Positions 39,701-48,200 of a DNA stretch of 64,000 nucleotides are shown piece after piece. The notes under the pieces were generated by a model. That model did not search any database and was not told the DNA's origin. It worked only from the letters and a program-made list of their open reading frames with translations. The stretch comes from a virus: IMG/VR virus record IMGVR_UViG_3300025168_000063, positions 11,536-75,535 of that record, one strand, 5' to 3'. Both the position numbers and the translations under genes were made by a program. Within the stretch, counting starts at the first letter, position 1, and each line of letters starts with the position of its first letter.

Positions 39701-41163
39701 CTTGTACTGCATATGATATGACTGACCAAACCGAAGATGTATTTAGAAAGGTTGGTATTGGAACAACCAATCCACAATCACTTGTAACGATAGAAGGAAG
39801 TAATGGTATAGTTGTAGCTGGCACCGCTGAAGCAACCTATAAGGGATATTTACAGATCAATAGTAACGAAGGTACAGCTACTCAAAAGGGAGGTATTGAA
39901 TTCAAGGCAGCAGATAGTGGGAATGGCTATGGATTTAGAATATCTAATCCAGATCTAGGTAATGGTGAAACTCCACTATATTTCCAAAGAAGGTCAAATA
40001 ACGCAGCATGGACAGACGCTATGACTATCCTTGGTACTAACGGCAACGTCGGTATAGGAACAACAACACCAGGTGCAAAATTACATGTAGATGGTATCAT
40101 ATCAACAAGCAATGATATAATAATAGAATCAGGCGATCCAACATTACACTTCAAAGACACAGACGGAGCATATCAAGGACATGTTGGTGTAGCAAACACT
40201 CTGATGGAATTGAGAACGGATCAAAACGATGTTGATATTGAAATCAGAACAAATCAATTTGATAACGCAATTTATATAGACGATTCAACTCAAAAAATTG
40301 GTATAGGAACATCAACACCAGATTCCACATTAACAGTCCAAGGTGATATTTCTGCAAGTGGAGTAGTGTTTGCAGCTAGATTCGAATCATCGGGTTCTGA
40401 CACTGAAATTCAGATGGTGGATGACGTACTCGTAACTGGTAATCACACAGTAACCGGATCTCTATCAGCTCTCAGAGTAACATCAAGTTTAGATGGTATG
40501 CATGTAAGTGGAACACTTAGTATAATAAATAAAGATGGACCAACCGCATATATAAAAACAAAAGTTGGTTCATTTGACGAGTATCATTTAAGAAACGATC
40601 AAGATGCATTTCAAATATACAACGCAACTGATGATAGGAAAGAGTTAGTAGCAGATGGAGCGGGTGGTATTGGTATTGGAGTTGCAACCCCACATGCAAA
40701 TGGATTTGCATTACAAGTATCTGGTGCAATTGGAGTTTTAGGTGACAACGAACATGCGATAGGAACCAAAGCAGCAAGATTAAGTGATGTATTCGCAGTA
40801 CAAACAACAGTAGGTGCAATCTTTGAGACTGGACTTACAACTGAAGGTATAGGCAAGTTAAAAACAGGTTCGGTAGTAGTTTGGAAAAATGGTAAACTGA
40901 TCGAATCATATAAGGAAGATGATCATATGGTGATGGGTGTAGTTAAGCAAGGAAAAGATGAACCAATCATATTAGGAGCAGAGCCAATTCTAGTAACTGG
41001 AGATGTTATGGAGGGAGACTTTCTGATAACATCAGACGTAGCAGGACATGCAAAAGCTCAGTCAGACGAATATTTATTAAGAACGGGAACAGTAATAGCA
41101 CAAGCATTGGAATCAGCGGAAGGTGAATCCAATTTAATCAAAGGTATGATCAGAAAACTATAA
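36757..41163 (+). CDS. Tail fibre protein with GNVGIGT repeats and C-terminal peptidase G2-like autocleaving chaperone
   Basis: ATG 36757 follows the previous stop (the track uses TTG 36730). Repeated GNVGIGTT; C-terminal GVV...GDFLITSDVAGHA...VIAQALE. Confidence 0.75.
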   Translation: MAIIKLGSGHKYKFTSSGSNLQFKEGTDNPLGLTIASGGLQSHGNLEIISGSAIFDGPLSASNAVRFTGLGGTYPSTGNVKTVYVQADGTVQLGVIGSGTVDSSSGNIFTSDGNLVSSREIGLGDSNVSFMPGAFNTGTATLFIGGNATYENRIGINTATPKEALEVAGTISASVDIYAGGDIFCEGIITADEFHTSVVSTSVQYSIGNTEFGDESSDHHKFTGSVEISGNLTVTDDDSYFYGMVSMSTLSSSLGIATQGGIHGTSTLRADGNVDFNGDLDVDGTTNLDVVDVDGTLTVGEDDTGHNVKFYGASANAYMEWDASEDGLVIKHSPDEVGLGVYTTSSAIPSTPQFKVGRDTNQYVGIKTSDRDAWIVHRQDEDDPDNALVQVRTRFQIWDRNSSSGSHRWTFESADASGENVASARMLISSSGNVGIGTTSPTKTLDVVGDISSTTTGSFAYISASGDLEVKGNVSASGTISASGLHVVDRIDFDDNPTVSDAGIYWSNASDTKAYVRRLATNDQIEIGSDNTVVFTETDGDTTRATFTLNTGQFDFIGSISASSHISSSGTGSFTGGGIFEGNVGIGTTNPHRALVVSQSALIGGTSMSIANSFGESGKALFFDHRTGATTVPTAKIVGWGRNSTSHLPYLSFEVNNTTAAGASSLTQERMRILADGNVGIGTTAPEATLEVQRAASTYAINLADTSTRAGLLVKNSSHDNFTSFTRGASGLQQIQGVNDVGDTSYPLSLNPFGGKVSIGGAAATPSESLDLIGGLAMGETLSTRRVLYLGAETETRGPFNPIVGAIQKSGKCLFLDKEFSDGTNSVVIYNNAGAGYVSHSWQPWSQQLADDFYGFSPNGSSLTGSVAPNGSGNVIQITYDGGEATPGDGGFYQTYTGEGKTVVQVFQALIPEGRYLNAHENSQGRDKDTYWLTNTAGTGKWEWYARVNHVGSYNSNGNTFGSAGHVALNESDVATKWYLASCTAYDMTDQTEDVFRKVGIGTTNPQSLVTIEGSNGIVVAGTAEATYKGYLQINSNEGTATQKGGIEFKAADSGNGYGFRISNPDLGNGETPLYFQRRSNNAAWTDAMTILGTNGNVGIGTTTPGAKLHVDGIISTSNDIIIESGDPTLHFKDTDGAYQGHVGVANTLMELRTDQNDVDIEIRTNQFDNAIYIDDSTQKIGIGTSTPDSTLTVQGDISASGVVFAARFESSGSDTEIQMVDDVLVTGNHTVTGSLSALRVTSSLDGMHVSGTLSIINKDGPTAYIKTKVGSFDEYHLRNDQDAFQIYNATDDRKELVADGAGGIGIGVATPHANGFALQVSGAIGVLGDNEHAIGTKAARLSDVFAVQTTVGAIFETGLTTEGIGKLKTGSVVVWKNGKLIESYKEDDHMVMGVVKQGKDEPIILGAEPILVTGDVMEGDFLITSDVAGHAKAQSDEYLLRTGTVIAQALESAEGESNLIKGMIRKL

Positions 41164-42244
41164 CATGGCAGATATTTTTATATATGATGGACATATAAGT
41201 TCGAGTGATGGAATCAAACTACAAGTTTCCGAGTCCAACGCACTTTTCATATCCCATTCAGAAGGACTAGGATTTGATTTAGGTGGCTATGGCCCAAAGG
41301 TTGGAATTGGTACAATAACGCCTAGTGTTCCTTTAGACGTTGAAGGAGGAATTCTTGGAGCCCACATTGCTAGATTTACCAGAGTACAAGGATTAGGAGG
41401 TACCAACGCTCAAGTAGCAATAAATGCAAACTCAAGCGATCCTCAAATACAGTTTGCCCGCGGAACGGGTGCTTATGCTATAGGCTTGAATGATGGTGAT
41501 AATTCTTTTCAAATAATTGATGGAACTACAATATCTGGTGGTACTGCAAGATTTACAATAAACTCATCGGGTAATGTTGGTATAGGAACAACCAATCCTC
41601 AATCATTGCTAACCGTGAGTGGATCAGATGGAGGAAATTTCACAACTTTCTTAAGATTTGGAAAAGATAATTATACTGCTGGTTCAGGACCTGCCATGTT
41701 CTTTAAGACAAGTCCCAACACAACTTTGGATCGATATGGTGTAAAACTAGGAGCGATAAGAAAAGGTAGTGGAACTGCTGAATTTGTAATAGAACAAGAA
41801 TTGGATAATGGTTCTGGTGGTGCAGGCGGATTAAGTGAAACGCTCAGAATTACTAGTTTTGGAAATGTTGGTATAGGAACATCTACAGCAACTGCAAAGT
41901 TAGAAGTAATTGGAGACATAAGTGGATCTGGAGCTGCATCTTTTGAAACAAATCTAAAAGTAGATGGAAAAGTAGCAATAGCAGCTCCCAACAACACCTC
42001 AACTGCAGATTTAATTATTGGTGATGGAACCACCAATGTAAATGTAACTCTGTTTGGAAATGAAGATTCCGCAACGCAAGCATCCTTATGGTTTGGAGAC
42101 GTTGCTTCAGCAGCATCGCCTCACTACGGTGGATCGGGTTTTGTATATGATGGAAACGATAATCATCTTACAATCCGAAAAGGTGGTTCTACAAATAATT
42201 TATTTACAATAGACGCAGATAATGGAAACGTTGGTATAGGAAAA
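38050..42244 (+). repeat. Dispersed in-frame direct repeats GGTAACGTTGGTATAGGAACAAC (GNVGIGTT)
   Basis: Exact 23-mers at 38050, 38500 and 38785; variants at 40042, 41570, 41861 and 42224, spanning two genes. Confidence 0.88.
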
Positions 42245-45200
42245 GTATCAGGTGATCCTACTGCTAAATTAGAAGTAGTTGGAGATATGATAGTAGGAGG
42301 TATTGAAACAGGAAATATAATAAGTTCTCCTCAATACTTCAGTGGATTTGCAGGTTCAGGATTTAGAATACAATCAGGTTCAACTGGTGTGAAAGCGGAA
42401 TTTGATAATCTATCAGTTCGTGGATCATTTCAAGTATATGAATTAGTTGCAAATCAAGTAAGAGCAACAAACGGATCTTTATGGATATCTAATGCAGGAA
42501 AAATAATATCATCATCTCAATTAGATGGATTTGGAGGAGCATCTTGGCCGGTATCTTTTTCAATGTTTTTTGAAACTGGAAGTGATACATTAGATCATGG
42601 ATTTGTGAGAGGAGACGTGATCCGATCTCAAAAATTTGACGGTTCAAACGTTTTTCAATCAAACATGATAGTTTGTTCTAGAAGTGATAGTGGATCGATA
42701 ATAGCAGCCTTGGAAGATCAATCAACACCACCATCCGCAAGCATGGATTTTGTGAGAATTGGTCATACATTCGATGAAGATAGAGATGCAGCAATATACT
42801 TGACAGCTGAAGATACAAATGCACCATATATAGATGTTATAGACGGAGTAGATAGTCATACTGCATTTGCTCAATCAGATAAAATAAAAGTTAGATTAGG
42901 AAATCTAGCAGGAATAACAGATGTTAATGTAGGAGGAGCTTTAAGTGGATATGGATTGTATTCAGAAAATGTTTATTTAACTGGAACGATAAAAGCGGTA
43001 GCAGGAGAGATTGGAGGTTTTGGACTTAACGCAACTTCTATCTCAAGTTCAAATGATAATTTAATTTTAAGATCCACAGGACAAATAACAGCATCCGATT
43101 TCTTATTTGATGGATCGGGAACAATAGACGGAGATGTAACAATTGGCAGCAACGTTACTATAGCAGGGCAACTGTCAGTAGGAGCACTTCCAAATCTTCC
43201 ATCGGATGAAAGTTTGGTAGGATATTGGAATTTTGACCAAGGAACAGGAAGCCTTATCAGAGATCAAGTCGGTAGTCTTGATTCAAATGGAAACCGATAT
43301 GATATCCCAACTGTCGATCCTGATGGAACTCCTGATAGTTTAGGTGCATTTACATCTGAGTCAATAAGTGGGATTGCATGGAAACGCGACTCCGCTGGTA
43401 GTGCTCAATACGCTATCAATGTTACATCATCTTTCTCATCATCATTTGGAAATGCATGCTCCGGATCTATATCCTTTTGGTTAAATACTGACTTATCTAC
43501 TAATGGTGATGACCAGAGTAAGATATTTGGTGAAAACGGTGAAAACGCAGGATTTAACAAAGAAGATTTCTTCTTCATTGATCAACAACCAGGAGGCCAA
43601 ATCAGAATGTTAGCTTATTCTGGTAGTGGTGGTACTGGAGGTTTTGGAACCGGAAATGAATACGTAAGTGCACAGGGCGCTGGAACTTCACTTACTATTC
43701 TGCAGGATCTTGGTACTAATGCAGGTTCTGGAGGAGGAAGAGGAATCTCATCTAGTTTAGCTGCAGCTAATAGTGGAAGTAAAGGTTGGGCACATTGGGT
43801 AATTAATTGGGGATCTGGTTCTAACTTTGTTGGGAACTCTGACCATGCATTTAGAATTTATATAAATGGGGAGAAAGTGTCTCATAGGATTATGACTGGT
43901 TCAGATGCACGAATAAACTTCCGTCCATACAACCAAAGGCTGGCATGGATAGGCCAAAAAAATGATGACGCAACCATAGACGAAATCCGGATATATAATA
44001 GTGTTCTAACACCCAATGAAGTTAGAGCGTTATACCTATCTCCAGCTGGAATGAATACGGGAACAACTGTAACCGGTGATCAAATACAAACTGGCCAGAT
44101 TAGATCTAACAATTGGAATAATGATACTGATGGATCAATGATTGATCTTACAAACGGTAGAATGCATTTAGGTGGATTGGAAGCAAACGCAAAATTACAC
44201 TTTGATGGAACAAATTTATCAGTAGCAGGAACAGTATCAGCATCCGCTGGTAATATAGGTGGTTGGAAAATTGAATCAGATAAATTTGTAGATGGTTCAG
44301 ATACAATTCGTTTAGAACCAAATGGAACTTACGTGATATCATCGTCTGAATTCCAAGTGGATCAAGCAGGATCAATAACAGCAAGTTCTGCAAACTTCTC
44401 GGGTAATGTAACATCATCACAAGCATTGATTGGTGGGTGGACAGTTGATTCAGGATCCATATCATCTAACAATGCAAAACTAGATGCGGCAGGAAAATTA
44501 TCACTGAGCTCTTCTAAATTTACTGGCACTGGAATACAACTGGAAAACAACTCAGGAGCTCCAAGAGCATATATTGGTGATGGAAATTTAACTGGTAGTT
44601 TTATACAATACGATGAAACAAACGGAGTAAGATTAGGACCAGCAGTTACTTTAGCATTTGGTAGTACAATGCTGCCAGGCGAAAATATATTGAATGATTT
44701 TTCCAATCTATCAATAACAGATCCATGGGTAGCATCAGCAACACCAAATTATTATCCAATTGGTGAAGCAACAGATAATGAAGTATCAACATCAGTCGGA
44801 CCACATGGACTCAATGAAAAAGTTTGGGTAGCATCACCAGATTCAGATACAGATGGTGGTGGATGGATGTCAGATTGGTTTGAAGTAGATCACTCACAAA
44901 CATATCAATTTTCTGTGTATGTAAAATTCCCAGCTGAATCTAGGATGACTGGTTCATGGTACATGGGAGCACGTTCTGGAGATGAGAATATATTTATAGG
45001 TGCATCTGGTTCACAAAACCCAGCTACAAATCCTGGCCAAAATTCAGCGTATCACTGGCCAAAATATTATTCAGTTCCAACTTTTGGCCCACACGGTCAC
45101 CACTACGACCATGCCCATTACACATCTACAGGTCAAGCTTTAGCAGCAGGAGCTGCTTTAGGAGCGATGCAAGATTATCAAGCTGATAATAGTGGCATAA

Positions 45201-48200
45201 CTAACTGGAATCCATACTTCATGCATCTTACTGGAGATGGAACAAACTCCAAAGGACACTTCACACAATCCATTGCAGAAGGAGGTTTAGGAGGACAACA
45301 AGATCGTTGGTATTTATGTGTAGGATATATACATGGTTCTTCATCTTTATATAATAATTCTGTAGGTGATATAGGTGGTATGTATGATACTGTAACTGGA
45401 AGAAAGGTTAGAGATGGAAATGACTTCATCTGGGGTTCAGGATCCCAATGGCTTTCCGTACGAAGTTTCCACAATCATGATGCATACGGTGCAGATGACG
45501 ATACACCATACACACTTTGGGCAAAACCAGCAGTTAAAAAAGTCACACAAGCAACAACAGACATAAGTTCATTTATTGATATAGGTTCAGCAATTGCAAC
45601 CGGTCAATATTCTGGATCAAGTACATTCATAACAAGCACATCAATCTTCTCACCAAACATAGCTGGTACAGATGGATATATATCCAATAAACTTACAGTA
45701 GGTACTGCAGGTTCGGGTGTGACATTGGATGGTACAAATAAAAAATTATTCCTTGGAACGGGAGATTGGAAAGGTAGTAATACTCCGTTCATAGCTAGAG
45801 ATTCTGGATCCGATTTCTTAACAAACGGATCATTGACAAATGGAACAACTGGTTGGACAATAGGTGGTAGTCATTTAACTACTACAAATGCCCCCGAAGT
45901 AACAAATTTAATTACAAATGGATATGGTTATCAAGCAATTACTAATTTAGTAGTTGGACTTAGATACGATCTGAATTGGATCATTCCATCCTCCACAGGA
46001 ACTTGGTCATTCTACGTATCAGACGATACAACATATAATACTGGAGTAAATGGAGTCACAACTGCTGATACCAGCAATACTGGTTTTAACGCAGGACAGA
46101 AATCATTCACAGCCCATCAAACAACTGCATATATTTTTGCATTTAATATAGGAGGTGCGGGTACGGTGGGAACTTGGCCACAGCTGTCTGTAACCCAAGA
46201 AGGTGTATTCAGTCTAGGTGATAAGTTTGCTTGGGATGGATCAACATTACAAATAACTGGATCTTTATCTTTAACAGCAGGAGATGCATCAGCAAGTATA
46301 TCTCAACTGAACGTCGACTCAGCAAGCTTTTCAACCTTAATAGCAGATCATTCATCATCAGCTGCATCATCAATAACTCAAAACGCAGATAGTATAACAG
46401 CAGCAGTTTCAGTGAACGATGGTCAAGCATCAAGTATATCACAACTTCAAATATCAACTGGAGCAATAGAATTAGAAGTTAATTCACTTAATGAAGCATC
46501 TGGAGCATTATCTGGATCAGTTGTAGAATTAAACTTAACTACTGCATCAATCAATCTATCAGTTGCATCTATTCAAGGACAAGTAACTCAATCACAATTC
46601 AACAACTTGGATTGGTCGCAAGGATATTCAGGATGGAATTGGCATGGTTCTACTGGTAATTACCAAGGCCTCAATTCAGTTGGAGAAAATCTAGATGGGT
46701 GGACAACTGGATCAATGTCACACCTTAACGGTATAGCTTATACATCTGGTTCTCTTGCAGGAGCAAAAATGTTTGAAGTTGTGTCTGGATCAAATTTATC
46801 TGGTTCTAGATTTGGTAGAGCATTAGAAGCTAGGTCTTCAGAAAACGGTAATCAGACATGGGTATATGGCTCAGAAGCAGTACCAATAGATACTGACAGA
46901 GTTTATCAAGGACGTGTTCGAGTGAGAATGGCTCATGTTGGAGATAACGGTGAAACTTACTCAGGATTCTACGCAGGATTTGCATGTTTGGATCAGTTTG
47001 GTAATCAGATATCAGAATCACCAGGCACACACAGATACTTTACCGTAGGAGGAAAAAATATATTACCTTCAGATCCATACACATGGAATGAATACAGTGG
47101 ATCTATTTCAAGAACAACAACTGAAGCAGGAGGAGCAGGATCTGAAGATTTAAGTTTGATTGGAGACTTCATAGGAAACAATGGTAGAGCATCGGGTACA
47201 CCAACTACTCATAACGTATTCAAAACTGGAACCAAATTTGTCAGACCAATGATGATTTTCAACTACAGCAATAAAGACACTGCAATGCAAGTGGATGGAT
47301 TCACAATTGAAGATGTGACTCCAACAGTACAATCTAGTGCAAGTATATCAATCACTGACACTCAAGTTCAAACAAACGTTTCAAACATATCAGGAAACTC
47401 GTCAACCATAACACAAAATGCAGATGGAATAACCTTAGCAGCTGCCACGGCAAGTGATGTGGCAAGTCTAGCAATCAATCCACAAGGTGTACAAATATCT
47501 GGATCTAATCTGGAATTTAGTGGATCCTCATTCTACTTTGGAATAGGAGCAGCTCAGTCAGGATCGGGAGCATTCATATCAGGTTCAAATGGTAATATAG
47601 AAATATCATCATCCAATTTCCACATACAAGCATCTGGTAGTGCAATCTTCAGTGGTTCAATATCAGCAAGTGATGGTGATATTGGAGGGTGGTCATTACA
47701 ACCTGGAACATTCTCATCTAACAATATAACACTCGATTCAGCGAATGAAATAATAACTCTTGGTAGTGGTAATGAAATAACATTAGATGGTGATGGTAGT
47801 GGCCACGTAGCAGGTGGAAATGTAGCTTGGACATCCACTGGAGATTTAACAATAACAGATGCATCCATTGAAGTAAATAGTCTTCCAAGCTTACCATCAT
47901 CTGATAAAACAGTTAGACATTATGCATTTGATGCTGGACATGGAACAACGGTCCTAGACCAAGGTGGAACTGCACAAAATGGAACATTAACCGTTTCTAC
48001 TGGCACACCAAACGGACTACCGACTTGGATATCAGGTTCTGGAATATCAGGATCGGTATCTGGTAAAGCACTAAGCTTCAATGCTATTGCAGTACCTCAT
48101 TCTGGTTCAGGTCAACATATTGTCATACCAACATTAGCTATTGATTCTAACGGTGCTGGAAATGCATTTGCAATTTCATTCTGGGCCAGAAAAAGCTCTA

